A DNA stretch of 64,000 bases from Vicinamibacterales bacterium (GTDB lineage Bacteria; Acidobacteriota; Vicinamibacteria; Vicinamibacterales; UBA2999). A model generated the notes under the pieces. That model did no database searches and was not told the DNA's origin. It saw only the letters and a program-made list of their open reading frames with translations. Positions 1-10,574 of the stretch are shown one piece after another (position 1 is the stretch's first letter; each line of letters opens with the position of its first letter). Location: positions 1,295-65,294 of the forward strand of contig JBIKUN010000004.1 in assembly GCA_044347565.1 (NCBI GenBank), read 5' to 3'. The position numbers were made by a program, and so were the translations under genes.

Positions 1-1752
1 CACGAACGTGTAGTCGGCGGTGAGCAGTTCGAGCGCCGAGCGGTCTTCCTTGACGAGATGTTCGAAGAGCAGCTCGGTCTCGCGCGCCATCGCCTCGGCG
101 AGCGATTCATCGAAGTAGGGGAACGACAACGCGTCGGGTTCGACCTTCGTCAGGTCCTGCAGGCGCAGCCACTGCGCGGCGAAGCGCGTGCCCAGGGCCG
201 ACGACCGCGGGTCGTCGAGCATCCGCCGCACCTGGCGATCGGCCATCTCGGGCCGCGTCAGGCCGCCGCGCGCCGCCACGTCGAGCAGTTCGCGATCGGG
301 CAGCGTGCTCCACAGGAAGAACGACATCCGCGAGGCGAGGTCCAGATCGCTGACGCGATACGCCGCGCCGGGCTTGATGCCGGCCGGCGTCGCTTCCACG
401 CGGAACACGAAGTGCAGGCTCGTGAGCAGCGCCTGCAGCGACTGGCGCACGCCGGCTTCGAAGCCGTCCTTCTTGGCCGCCTCGTCGTAGAAGCGCATCA
501 ACTGGTCGACGTCGGCCTTCGTGGCCGGACGGCGGTAGGCCTGCGTGGCAAGGCGCTGCAGGATGCTGCGGGCGCAGGCCACGTCTTCACCGGGCGCGGT
601 GGGCCGGCAGGTGAAGATGTTGCGGCGGGCCGGGTGATCGGAGACCCCCGTGGCTTCGTACGGCCCCACCACCGACAGGTTGCGCAGGTGCGCGAGCGTG
701 GTCACCCCATACCCGACGCCGATCTGCGTGTCGGCGAGCGTGTGTTCGATGGGCTTGATGAGGTCGTCTTCCGCGCCCTCGAACTCCTGGATGAACGTGG
801 TCGAGACCTTGCGGGCGCCGGCGCGCACGTAGATGGGCGCGGTCGAGAGCGTGAGGCCCTCGGGGTCGGATTCCGACATCCAGCGATCGACCTTCACGAG
901 CGCCACGCGTTCGCCGTCCACCGCCACTTCCATCTCGATGGCGCGCATCGTGCGGCCGAAGAGGTAGCCGGTGGGCTCGCCGTGCAGCAGCATCTGGAAC
1001 TTGTACTTCCCGTCGGCCGGGAAGTTGTGCGTGACGACCGTGCCGCCGCGCGTGCCGAACGGCGCGCCTTCGAGCCGCTCCTTCTGCGAGAGCGTGCGCG
1101 GCACTTCGTACTGCGTGGAGGTAGCGTCGATCGTCGGGTCGCCCACCGCGACACGGCTCACGTAAGCCGCGGCGCGCAGGTAGCCCTGCATGACGGTGGC
1201 CGACGGCATCTGCACGTCGGCGATGTTGTCGAAGCTGGCACTGATGGTGTCGGCCGGCAGGTACTGGCTGACGTCGATGTCGAGGCCGATGAGCGTGCGC
1301 ACGGCGGCCGCGTACTCGGCGCGGTTGAGGCGCTGGAAGGAGCGGCGCCCCGGGTTGCGGTTGAGCGCGGCGCTGCGATCGAGCGTGGTCTCGAGCACGG
1401 TGGCCAGCGCGTCACGCGCCGGCGCCTCGAGCTTCTTCGACGCACCGCGCGGCGGCATCATGCCGGTGCGCAGCTTGCGCACGACCTTTTCCGCCACGTC
1501 GGCATGCGCGTCGGCCTTCGCCACGTCGAAGCTGGCGAGCGACAGGCCGCCCGACTTCGAGCGGTCGTTGTGGCAGCCCACGCAGTAGGTCTGGATGGTC
1601 TCGTTGTTCGCCGCCGATGTCGGAGCCGCCGGGGCGTGTGACGCCGCGGGACGCGGCGACGTCGCCACCGGCCGGACGGCCTGCGCCGCCGAAAGCGCGG
1701 TGACCACGGCCGGCAGGGCCAGGGCCACCAGCGCGGCAGGAACTCTCTTCAT
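1..1752 (-). CDS. PSCyt / DUF1592-DUF1595-DUF1587-type exported cytochrome-c-domain protein (N-terminal 584 codons; gene runs off the left edge)
   Basis: Absent from the ORF track because it has no stop inside the window. My hand translation of the minus strand from ATG 1752..1750 gives MKRVPAALVALALPAVVTALSAAQ (signal peptide), then ETIQTYCVGCHNDRSKSGGLSLASFD (CxxCH haem motif). It stays open for all 584 codons to position 1. The + strand ORF 58..1641 is its antisense shadow. Confidence 0.8.
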   Translation of the reverse strand, partial: MKRVPAALVALALPAVVTALSAAQAVRPVATSPRPAASHAPAAPTSAANNETIQTYCVGCHNDRSKSGGLSLASFDVAKADAHADVAEKVVRKLRTGMMPPRGASKKLEAPARDALATVLETTLDRSAALNRNPGRRSFQRLNRAEYAAAVRTLIGLDIDVSQYLPADTISASFDNIADVQMPSATVMQGYLRAAAYVSRVAVGDPTIDATSTQYEVPRTLSQKERLEGAPFGTRGGTVVTHNFPADGKYKFQMLLHGEPTGYLFGRTMRAIEMEVAVDGERVALVKVDRWMSESDPEGLTLSTAPIYVRAGARKVSTTFIQEFEGAEDDLIKPIEHTLADTQIGVGYGVTTLAHLRNLSVVGPYEATGVSDHPARRNIFTCRPTAPGEDVACARSILQRLATQAYRRPATKADVDQLMRFYDEAAKKDGFEAGVRQSLQALLTSLHFVFRVEATPAGIKPGAAYRVSDLDLASRMSFFLWSTLPDRELLDVAARGGLTRPEMADRQVRRMLDDPRSSALGTRFAAQWLRLQDLTKVEPDALSFPYFDESLAEAMARETELLFEHLVKEDRSALELLTADYTFV

Positions 1753-1953
1753 GCACGTCCTCGTCACCCGTTCGCCAGCCCGGCTGTATGCCGAGTGACG
1801 CGTTCGTCGCGGCCCTGAGACGCGTCGAGCCGCCCGCCGAGGTTATCGGCGGCGGCAGACCGCGCCATGACCGGGACTTCCGAGTGCCGTCAAACTACAC
1901 CGAACCACGGCCGCTGTCAGCCGGAATCGGCGTCCCCGGGGGGCATCCGTCGG

Positions 1954-4476
1954 TCAGGCCTTGACCACCCGGCAGGCGAAACATTTGTAGGCCTGCTGCC
2001 CCGACAGATTGTCGAAATACCGGTCATCCACGAGTGTGTTGGCGGGTTCGTACATCGGCAGCCCGATCTCTTCGCCCACCACCTGGCCCGGCCCGAACAG
2101 GTTCGGCACGAAGATCGTGTCGCGGCGAATGCCTTCGAAGAGCAGCGCCGTCGCGGTGATGGCGCCCCGCGGGCTCTCGACCCGGATCGCGGCGCCGTTC
2201 TCGATGCCCGCCTGGGCGGCCGTATCCGGATGGATCTGCACGAGCCGCACGCCGTTCAGCTGCTTGCCGAGCGGCGTCCAGTGCGTGACGGTGGCGAAGT
2301 GCACCACGCTCGGGCGGCCGATCATGCCCATGAGCGGGAACCCCTCCGGCCGCGGCACGGTGACGCCCAGTTCCGCCTTCGGCGTGGGTGCGCCAGGGTT
2401 CACTGGATTGTTCACGAGCTCGGCGGAGTGCCGCACGGACGGCAGGCCGCCCGTGACCTCCGGGTGCGCGTAGAACGGCGGCAGCGCCGCGTGTCCGGCC
2501 GGGGCCAGCTTCGCCTGCAGCTCGGGCGTGACGATCTCGACCTTGCCGCTCGGCGTCAGGAACCGCTTCCCCTTGTGCCCCAGCGACTCGGCGGCTGCCT
2601 GCCACGACGGGTGATCGAGGTAGAGCGTGCTCACGCCGGGATGCTCGGCACTCGGACACGGCCAGCGCAGCGGCTCGTGGCGCGCCTTCATGCGCGTGGA
2701 CGTCATGCCGGCGACACCCGGCGTCCGCGCCGCGAAGACGTCGTCCCACAACACGCGGTAGTCCTTCCACTCGTCACGCAGGTTCGCGGTCCAGTAGTCG
2801 GGCGCGTGACTCTTGTCGAGCGCCGCCATCTTCTTCGCGAGTTCGATCCAGATCCAGATGTCGGGCCGCGCCTCGCCCACGACCGGCACCGCCTGATTGC
2901 ACCAGCGGATGCCGCGGTCGTCGCGCCGCATGTAGATCGTGTCCATCTCGAGCACGCTCGGCACCGGCAGGATGTAGTCCGCATAGTACGCGGGCTCCTC
3001 CATGAACAGGCCGGGATAGACGAGGAACTCGAGTTGCTCGTAGGCCTGCTTCACGCGTGTGCTGTTGGCGCTGTCAACGATGGGATTCCCCTCCATCACG
3101 ATTGCCCGCAGCTTGTAGGGCTTCGATTCGAGGATCGAGGTGGCGAACCAGTCGGGGCCTACAGGCAGCGGCCCGGCCTTCTTCGGCGTCTCGCCCACGA
3201 CCGGCGGCAGATCGAGCCCGCCCGGCCACGTGTTGTGCATGAAGTTGCAGCCGCCGCCCGGCTGGCCGATGTTGCCGGTGATGGCCGCGAGGAACGCCAG
3301 CGCGCGGTAGGTGTGGAAGGCGTTCAACTGATGCGACACGCCGGCGTTGCAGAAGATCGCGGCGGGTTTCGCAGCGGCATACTGCTCGGCGAGTGTGCGG
3401 ATGGTCGGCGCGGGGATGGTCGTGACCGTCTCGGCCCATTCCGGCGAGAAGCCCTGCGCCTTGATGTGCGCGCGCAGGTCGTCGAAGCCGAGCACCCATT
3501 GCTGCACGAACGCTTTGTCGTAGAGCTCGCGCGCGATGATGTGGGCGAGCATGCCGTAGGCGAGCGCCATGTCCGTGTGCGGACGAATGGCGAGGTGCTG
3601 GTCGGCGTAGGCGGCCGTGGGCGTGCGACGCGGATCGACCACCACGAGCTTCGCGCCGGTGGCTTGACGGGCCCGCAGCAGGTATTCGAACGTGACGGGG
3701 TGTGTCTCGGCCTGGTTGGTGCCGAGGAAGAGGAAGAACTTCGACGCGCCGAGGTCTTCCTTCCCCGTCGCCCCATCCACGCCGTAGCCGTTCGTGAAGT
3801 TGCCGAGGCCGAACGTCCAGGCGAGCGCGTTGCCGCCCGCGTCGTTGCACACGGGCCCCACGTCGGTGGCGTTCGGCGAGCCGTAGAGCTCGAAGAAGCG
3901 CCCGATGATCGAGCCGGTGCCGCGCGGCAGGCGTCCGGAGGTCTTGTTGGCCAGTCCCTGTGGTCCGGTGGTGTCGCGGATTTCGAGGAACTTGCGGGCG
4001 ATGCCGTCGAGCGCCGCGTCCCACGACACCGGCTCGAACACGCTGTTGCGATCGCCCTTCTTCCCGCGCACGCGCCTGAGCGGCGTCTTGATGCGGCGCG
4101 GGTTGTAGACGAGCTGCGGCATCATCTCGGCCTTCACGCACAGGCCGCCCAGCGCCACCGGGTCGGCGGCATCCCCGCGGATGCCGATGATGCGCCCGCT
4201 CTTCTTCAGCACGTCGATGCCGCAGAGCGAATTGCAGAACTGACAGGCCGAGCGCACGACCTCGTCGGGATCGAGCGCGCCCGACTCGCGCGTCAGGTCG
4301 TAGCGGGTGACCGTGGACTGAATCGCCGGCGCGGTCCGGGCCGCGGGTGCGTCCGGCGCAGGCGCGGAGGGCGCACAGGCGGCGGCGCCGAGGGCCGGAG
4401 CCGCGAGCAGGAACTTGCGGCGGCCGGGATTGACCGGCGACTTCGAAGACGTGCGTGGCGAACGGCGCGGTGACAT
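1954..4476 (-). CDS. Tat-exported molybdopterin (bis-PGD / DMSO-reductase superfamily) oxidoreductase, catalytic subunit; substrate unknown
   Basis: 840 aa ORF. It has the twin-arginine motif GRRKFLLAAPALGAAA, an N-terminal FeS motif CQFCNSLCGIDV...GGLCVK, and typical MopB core and C-terminal molybdopterin-binding segments (ends ...QQAYKCFACRVVKA). Confidence 0.9.
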   Translation of the reverse strand: MSPRRSPRTSSKSPVNPGRRKFLLAAPALGAAACAPSAPAPDAPAARTAPAIQSTVTRYDLTRESGALDPDEVVRSACQFCNSLCGIDVLKKSGRIIGIRGDAADPVALGGLCVKAEMMPQLVYNPRRIKTPLRRVRGKKGDRNSVFEPVSWDAALDGIARKFLEIRDTTGPQGLANKTSGRLPRGTGSIIGRFFELYGSPNATDVGPVCNDAGGNALAWTFGLGNFTNGYGVDGATGKEDLGASKFFLFLGTNQAETHPVTFEYLLRARQATGAKLVVVDPRRTPTAAYADQHLAIRPHTDMALAYGMLAHIIARELYDKAFVQQWVLGFDDLRAHIKAQGFSPEWAETVTTIPAPTIRTLAEQYAAAKPAAIFCNAGVSHQLNAFHTYRALAFLAAITGNIGQPGGGCNFMHNTWPGGLDLPPVVGETPKKAGPLPVGPDWFATSILESKPYKLRAIVMEGNPIVDSANSTRVKQAYEQLEFLVYPGLFMEEPAYYADYILPVPSVLEMDTIYMRRDDRGIRWCNQAVPVVGEARPDIWIWIELAKKMAALDKSHAPDYWTANLRDEWKDYRVLWDDVFAARTPGVAGMTSTRMKARHEPLRWPCPSAEHPGVSTLYLDHPSWQAAAESLGHKGKRFLTPSGKVEIVTPELQAKLAPAGHAALPPFYAHPEVTGGLPSVRHSAELVNNPVNPGAPTPKAELGVTVPRPEGFPLMGMIGRPSVVHFATVTHWTPLGKQLNGVRLVQIHPDTAAQAGIENGAAIRVESPRGAITATALLFEGIRRDTIFVPNLFGPGQVVGEEIGLPMYEPANTLVDDRYFDNLSGQQAYKCFACRVVKA

Positions 4477-4538
4477 GCGCCCTGTTTATACCTCAGCGGA
4501 ATGACACCGGCCGGCACGCCCAGCCGCGCGGCGGCCGC

Positions 4539-5657
4539 TCAGCGCTGATACGTGAGCGACAACACGGCGTACGCCGTGGCGGCGTCGCTCATGAACTTGC
4601 CGATGTCCGACTCCGGATCGCGTTCCTTGTTCGGCGAGACCGCCGGCCAGCGGCCCGACACCTTGTCCTGATGGCGGCGCAGCCAGTCGAGGCCCTTCAC
4701 AAGACGTGGGTCTGACGCCGGCACGCCGGCCGCCTGCAGCGCGAGCGTCGCGAGCGCGGTGGCGTAGCCGTCGCTGCGTGTGTCGGTCGCGGTGTTGTCC
4801 ACGCGCGTGTAGCCGCCGATCGCCGGGGTGTTCCAGCCGCCATCCGCCTGCTGGCGCGCGAAGGCGGCCTCCACGGTGGCCTGGCGCTGCGCCGGGCTCA
4901 GCAGGTCGGGCACGCGGCTCGTGGCCCACACCCCGGTGAGCTGATTGAGCAGCGACACCTGCGCGTGCTGCTTCTGGAAGTAGTCGCGCATCGGCTTCAT
5001 GCGATCGGCGATTTCGGCGGACGTGGCGTAGCCGCCGGGCGCCGAGCCGATGGCCAGCGCCGCCATCGACGCGCCGAAGTAGGGCGAGTTCGGCGACTCC
5101 CACGGCTCCAGCTTGAAGTTGAGCCACGTCCACACGCCCGTCTCGGGCCCCGTCTTCATCTGCAGCGCCCACATCACGCCGAAGGCCGTGCGGGTGTCGT
5201 CGCTGAGCGTACCGGCCACGGCGTCGCGGCGGGCGAGCACGAGCGCGTTCATCACCGATTCGATGGCGCGCGATTCACTCGTCTTCGGAATGCCGCGCGT
5301 CTGGTCGGGATACCACGGCTCCACGTCACGCCAGGCCCGCGCGCGGGTCAGCAGGTTGCCGACGATCTTCTGCTCCCCCGCTGACGGGCCGCCTTCGTTC
5401 AGCAGTCCGCGCAGCGCCGGTCGCGCCAGCGCATACGGCAGCGTCGTGTGGCACGACATGCAGTAGGTGCCGCGATCGCGGGCGGCGTTGGGCCACGTCG
5501 TCCACCAGGTGGCGCGTCCGTCGAGATACCGGGCCGCGGCCGCCGCATCCCAGCCCACGGGGTCGTTCGGCGCGCCGGCGCGCACGCCGCGGCTCATCGT
5601 GATGGCGGTGAGGAGGGCCAGGGCGGCGGGCAGGAACAGGCGGAGCGACAGGGTCAT
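4539..5657 (-). CDS. Exported mono-haem c-type protein with a prenyltransferase/squalene-cyclase-like repeat C-terminus
   Basis: This is the internal ATG (residue 196) of track ORF 4539..6242. The product starts MTLSLRLFLPAALALLTAITMS (signal peptide), carries a single CMSCH haem-c motif, and has QADGGW / VSGRW repeat-like motifs in the C-terminal half. The upstream 195 codons of the track ORF overlap argA antisense. Confidence 0.75.
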   Translation of the reverse strand: MTLSLRLFLPAALALLTAITMSRGVRAGAPNDPVGWDAAAAARYLDGRATWWTTWPNAARDRGTYCMSCHTTLPYALARPALRGLLNEGGPSAGEQKIVGNLLTRARAWRDVEPWYPDQTRGIPKTSESRAIESVMNALVLARRDAVAGTLSDDTRTAFGVMWALQMKTGPETGVWTWLNFKLEPWESPNSPYFGASMAALAIGSAPGGYATSAEIADRMKPMRDYFQKQHAQVSLLNQLTGVWATSRVPDLLSPAQRQATVEAAFARQQADGGWNTPAIGGYTRVDNTATDTRSDGYATALATLALQAAGVPASDPRLVKGLDWLRRHQDKVSGRWPAVSPNKERDPESDIGKFMSDAATAYAVLSLTYQR

Positions 5658-5739
5658 GACAGGGCCTCGACCTGGGATTCTACCAGCGAGCCCGAAATCC
5701 GCGCGACGACGGCAGCAGAGCTGTAGCACCATATCGGAT

Positions 5740-7020
5740 GTGAAGCTGACCGACCTGCGCGGCATCCTGCAGTACATCCCGGAGTTCCGGGAGAAGACCT
5801 TCGTGCTCGCGATCGACGGCGAAATCGTGTCGGACGAACGCTTCGCGACACTGCTCAAGGACATCGCCGTTCTGTGGTCGCTGAACATCCGCGTGGTGAT
5901 CGTGCACGGCGTGGCGGCGGAGATCCGGCGCCTGGCCGACGAACGCGGTGTCACGGCGTCGAACACGGATGGCACCGGCGTCACCGACGCGGTCACACTC
6001 GGGCTGTCGGTCACCGCGTCGAACCGACTGACGCACGAGATCCTGCAGGGGCTCTCGGCCAACGACCTCCGGGCGGCCTGCACCAACGGCATCGTGGCGC
6101 ACCCGGTGGGCGTGATCAAAGGGGTGGACCAGGAGTTCACCGGCAGCGTCGAGCGCGTGGACGTCGGCCTGCTGCAATCGCTGCTGACGCAGGGCGTCGT
6201 GCCGATCGTGCCGCCGCTCGGCTTCGACGGCGAGGGCCGCACCTACCGCGTGAACTCCGACGGCATGGCCGTGGCGGTGGCGGCGCAGCTCCGCGCCGTG
6301 AAACTCATCTACGTCACCGCGGCGCCGGGGCTCGTGCATCGCGGCCAGCCCATCCGCCAGATGATGGTGGCGCAGCTCGGCGACCTCGTGCAGAAGGAGC
6401 CGGCCGGCTTCGAAGGTGAGCACCTGTCGAAGGCGCAGCACGCGGTGCGCGCGTGCCTGGCCGGTGTGCCGCGCGTGCACGTCATCGACGGCACCCTCGA
6501 CGAGGGCCTCCTCGGCGAGGTGTTCTCGAACCACGGCTACGGCACGCTCATCCACACGAACGAATACGAGAACATCCGGCCGGCCGAACGGCGCGACATC
6601 GGCGCCATCCAGTCGCTCACGCGCCAGGGCGTCGAGGCCGACGAACTCGTGAAGCGCACGCGCAGCAGCATCGAGCAGCACCTCGGCGACTACGCCATCT
6701 TCGAGATCGACCGCAACCCGGTGGGCTGCGTGGCGCTGCACGTGGACCGGGAACGCAACCAGGGCGAGCTGGCCTGCCTCTACGTGAGCTCGGCGCACGA
6801 GAACCAGGGGATCGGCAAGAAGCTCATCCAGTTCGTCGAGAACCGCGCGCGTCAGCAGGGGCTGGACCGCATCCTCGCGCTGTCGACCCAGGCCTTCAAC
6901 TACTTCAGCGCCAAAGGCGGCTTCGTCGAAGGCACCGTGGACGATCTGTCGCCCGAGCGCCGCGACCGCTACGAGAAGAGCGGCCGCAATTCGAAGGTGC
7001 TCGTGAAGCGTCTGCGGTAG
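5740..7020 (+). CDS. argA: Amino-acid N-acetyltransferase (N-acetylglutamate synthase; amino-acid kinase + GNAT domains)
   Basis: In-frame GTG at 5740 gives MKLTDLRGILQYIPEFREKTFVLAIDGE... with an AAK fold, then a GNAT motif (YVSSAHENQGIGKKLI). The track ORF 5467.. extends upstream into the divergent gene. Confidence 0.85.
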   Translation: MKLTDLRGILQYIPEFREKTFVLAIDGEIVSDERFATLLKDIAVLWSLNIRVVIVHGVAAEIRRLADERGVTASNTDGTGVTDAVTLGLSVTASNRLTHEILQGLSANDLRAACTNGIVAHPVGVIKGVDQEFTGSVERVDVGLLQSLLTQGVVPIVPPLGFDGEGRTYRVNSDGMAVAVAAQLRAVKLIYVTAAPGLVHRGQPIRQMMVAQLGDLVQKEPAGFEGEHLSKAQHAVRACLAGVPRVHVIDGTLDEGLLGEVFSNHGYGTLIHTNEYENIRPAERRDIGAIQSLTRQGVEADELVKRTRSSIEQHLGDYAIFEIDRNPVGCVALHVDRERNQGELACLYVSSAHENQGIGKKLIQFVENRARQQGLDRILALSTQAFNYFSAKGGFVEGTVDDLSPERRDRYEKSGRNSKVLVKRLR

Positions 7021-7024
7021 CGTC

Positions 7025-7501
7025 TCAGAGGCCGGCGGACCGCGCCGTGTGCTGCCGCGCGAACCCTGCCCGCGCCGCCACGATACCCGCCACGTGCGCC
7101 TCGGCCCAGGCGATCAGGGCGCCGAGGGGTTCGAGCAGCGACTCCCCGAGCGGCGTCAGCCGGTACTCGACGCTCGGGGGCGTGGTCGGGAACACCTGGC
7201 GGTCCACCAGGCCGTCGCGCTCGAGGTCGCGCAGCGCCTGCGTGAGCATGCGCTTCGAGATGTCGGGAATCGCGCGCTGCACCGCGCTGAAGCGATGCGG
7301 CCCGTGGGTGAGCACGAGCACGACCAGCGTCGTCCACTTGTCGCCGAGCTTATCGAGCACCGAACGCACCGGGCAGCGCGCCGGATCGAACGGCAGGTGC
7401 GCCCAGCCGCGCACACGCTGCGCCAGCGCCTCGCGCGCCGCGACGCGGTTACCTGCGTGTGCCCTTGTTCCCACGATCTGCCTCCTTCCGCCGTGCCCCA
7501 T
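7025..7501 (-). CDS. HxlR-family winged-helix transcriptional regulator (start uncertain, possibly downstream)
   Basis: Contains [57 protein letters not shown]...VEYRLTPLG, the canonical HxlR core. It is divergent from an NmrA-type gene. Confidence 0.85.
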   Translation of the reverse strand: MGHGGRRQIVGTRAHAGNRVAAREALAQRVRGWAHLPFDPARCPVRSVLDKLGDKWTTLVVLVLTHGPHRFSAVQRAIPDISKRMLTQALRDLERDGLVDRQVFPTTPPSVEYRLTPLGESLLEPLGALIAWAEAHVAGIVAARAGFARQHTARSAGL

Positions 7502-7503
7502 AA

Positions 7504-7537
7504 AGTCTCATACTGCATCTTAGTCTCATAACGAGAC
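7504..7537. promoter_or_regulatory. Candidate HxlR operator: two 9-nt direct repeats AGTCTCATA (7504-7512, 7522-7530) and palindrome GTCTC-ataac-GAGAC (7523-7537)
   Basis: Read directly in the 56-nt A/T-richer divergent spacer between the HxlR and NmrA-like genes. Confidence 0.4.
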
Positions 7538-7557
7538 CGTTTTCCACGAGGTAGCAG

Positions 7558-8442
<885 letters not shown>

Positions 8443-8497
8443 AGCCCGTCGCGACGTGCGGTCTAGGGCCGCGGTGAAGCGGCCGAGCTGACACGCG

Positions 8498-9148
8498 TCA
8501 GGCGCCCCGCCCGAGCTGCTCGAGCGCCACCCGTACCAATTGGCTGCGCGTACGCACGCCGGTGCGGTTGAAGAGCACCTGCAGGGCCGCCTTCACGGCG
8601 CTCTCGGACAGATTCAGACGCGCGGCCATCTCCTTGTTCGCGAGCCCTTCCATGAGGAACGTCAGGATCTGCCGTTCCCGGTCGGTGAGCCGCAGCACGG
8701 GCGGCTGCACGTCGTCGGTCGCCCGCACCAGCTTTCGCAGGTAGTGCTCATCGAGCAGCACTTTGCCGTCGAACACCTCGCGGATGCTGCGCTTCAGGTC
8801 GTCGGCGGCGTGTTGTTTGTGGAAGATACCCGCCACGCCCGCACCGATCATCTCGCGGGCTTCGCGATCGGGGAGACCGGCCGTGACGAGCAGGATCCGT
8901 CCCGTGAACCCGCGGGCGCGAAGCGCCGTGACCACGCCGGCCGCCGGCTCGTCGCCGAGCATGTAGTCGAGCAGCACCACATCGACCTCGGCGACCGGCA
9001 GGTGGGCCAGCGCGTCGGCCGCATCACCCGCGATCCCGACCAGTTCGAACGCCGGATCGCCGCTCAGCAGCCGGGCCAGGCCGTCACGGAAGAGCGCGTG
9101 ATCGTCGATCAGGAACAGCCTGATCGCCCTGGACCCGCTAGCTGGCAC
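8498..9148 (-). CDS. NarL/FixJ (LuxR-type HTH) response regulator
   Basis: Receiver domain (IRLFLIDDHALFRDGL...) plus LuxR HTH (LTDRERQILTFLMEGLANKEMAARLNLSESAVK). I prefer the GTG at 9148, which is preceded by GGAGGG and overlaps the kinase stop by 11 nt. The track start is 9184. Confidence 0.85.
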   Translation of the reverse strand: MPASGSRAIRLFLIDDHALFRDGLARLLSGDPAFELVGIAGDAADALAHLPVAEVDVVLLDYMLGDEPAAGVVTALRARGFTGRILLVTAGLPDREAREMIGAGVAGIFHKQHAADDLKRSIREVFDGKVLLDEHYLRKLVRATDDVQPPVLRLTDRERQILTFLMEGLANKEMAARLNLSESAVKAALQVLFNRTGVRTRSQLVRVALEQLGRGA

Positions 9149-10574
9149 GCTGCCCTCCGAGCCGATGGCGCGCCTGCGGCACAATCACGCGGAAGGCCGC
9201 GCCGTCATCCGTCCGCACGTACTGGAGGTCGCCACCGACGCTGCGCGCCAGCTCGCGGGAGATGTACAAACCCAGGCCCGAGCCGTGCGCGCCGGCGCCC
9301 GGCGGGTGCAGGTGGAACAACTGCTCCGGCGCGGTGACACCTGGACCGTTGTCGGTCACGGTGACCACGACGTCATCGGCCGAGGAGACGACGGCGACGC
9401 GCAGTTGCGGCGGCATGGAGCGCGCCGTGGCGGCGCGCAGGCTGTTCTGACACAGGTTGAGCAGGATCTGCAGGAGCCCGTGCGCGGTGGCGGCCACCGG
9501 CGGCAGGCTCGCCGGCACGTCCCACGCGACCGACCCGCCGATCTCCTCCCAGTCCGGCTCGATGACGACGCGGAGATGATCCAGCACGGATCGCAGGTCG
9601 GTCTCGCGCGTGTCGTCGTCCGAACTCCTGAGGTCGAGCGACGCCAGCTCAGTCAGGGCCGCCACCAGACGCTGCAACGCGACGAAGTCGGCGCTGCCCC
9701 GGAGATCGACGCGCCCGGCGAGGTTCGAGCACACGACGGAGATCGCGGCGCCGAGGTTACGGATCTCGTGCGACACGGCGCTCGCGAGCAGGCGGTTGTA
9801 GTCGAGCAGATGCTGGAAGTTCTCGCGCTCGCGGTCGCGGACCTCTTCGGACATGTCGACGACGATGGCGGCGAGACAGCGTTCGTGCTCGTGCCCGTAG
9901 ACCGAGAACCACGCCTGAATCGGAAAGTGCTGCTCGTTCGCCCGCTGGGCCCAGCCGGTGACCGACGTGCGGATGAGGCGATGGCTCGACGCCACCCTGA
10001 GGGCGTGACCGAACATCGGGAAGTTCGCGTCGACGCGCGTGCCCACGAGCGCGTCCGCCCCGACACCGAGCATGTCGTCGGCGGCGCGGTTGGCCGCCAG
10101 CACCGTGGCACGGGCGTCGAGGGTGAGAATTGCCGCCGGGCTGCTCTCCGCGAGGATGCGCAGTTGCTCCTGGGCGCGGCGCCGCAGGTCCTGCTCGAGC
10201 TGCACCTTCGCGAAGGCCTCCAGCAGGCGCCGGCGGCTGTTGCTCATCTCGACGAGGAGCAGTCCGGTGCAGGTGTAGGCGATGGCCGCCATCGCGAACT
10301 TGAGCAGCCCTTCGACTGCGGACGCGGCCGGGGTGAAAGGCGCGCGCGCCAGCGCGGCGAACAGCCCGAACAGCACGATCTGCCAGCGGTTGAGCGCGGC
10401 CGATGCCACCAGGACCGGAATGGTGTAGAGCACACCCAGCGAGAAATCGAAGCTGAAATACCACTCCACCGCCGCGAGCACCGCGATGATGAGCAGCGCC
10501 ACGGGCAGCACGCGGCGGCGCTGGATCGCCTTTTCGGGGATGCTGACCCCGAAGACCGACAGACGCGTGGGCAT
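9138..10574 (-). CDS. Membrane sensor histidine kinase (TM region + PAS + HisKA + HATPase)
   Basis: H-box SHEIRNLGAAISV and G-box GSGLGLYISRELARSVGG. The start is taken at MPTRLSVFGVSIPEK (residue 48 of the track ORF), followed by hydrophobic TM segments. Confidence 0.85.
   Translation of the reverse strand: MPTRLSVFGVSIPEKAIQRRRVLPVALLIIAVLAAVEWYFSFDFSLGVLYTIPVLVASAALNRWQIVLFGLFAALARAPFTPAASAVEGLLKFAMAAIAYTCTGLLLVEMSNSRRRLLEAFAKVQLEQDLRRRAQEQLRILAESSPAAILTLDARATVLAANRAADDMLGVGADALVGTRVDANFPMFGHALRVASSHRLIRTSVTGWAQRANEQHFPIQAWFSVYGHEHERCLAAIVVDMSEEVRDRERENFQHLLDYNRLLASAVSHEIRNLGAAISVVCSNLAGRVDLRGSADFVALQRLVAALTELASLDLRSSDDDTRETDLRSVLDHLRVVIEPDWEEIGGSVAWDVPASLPPVAATAHGLLQILLNLCQNSLRAATARSMPPQLRVAVVSSADDVVVTVTDNGPGVTAPEQLFHLHPPGAGAHGSGLGLYISRELARSVGGDLQYVRTDDGAAFRVIVPQARHRLGGQRAS

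Noticed and set aside
58-1641. 527-aa ORF on the + strand (also 188..490, 1190..1588 and others)
   Set aside because: Its Arg/Gly/Ala/His-rich low-complexity composition is typical of the antisense frame of a high-GC gene. The minus strand carries a far more convincing signal-peptide + CxxCH protein that is open across the whole region.
1867-4473. 868-aa + strand ORF
   Set aside because: It is the antisense shadow of the molybdopterin oxidoreductase (1954..4476, minus), which has unmistakable Tat, FeS and MopB motifs. The + frame has none.
5658-6242. N-terminal 195 codons of track ORF 4539..6242
   Set aside because: This stretch overlaps argA on the opposite strand and is Ser/Thr/Pro/Arg-rich. 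A clean signal peptide begins at the internal ATG 5657.
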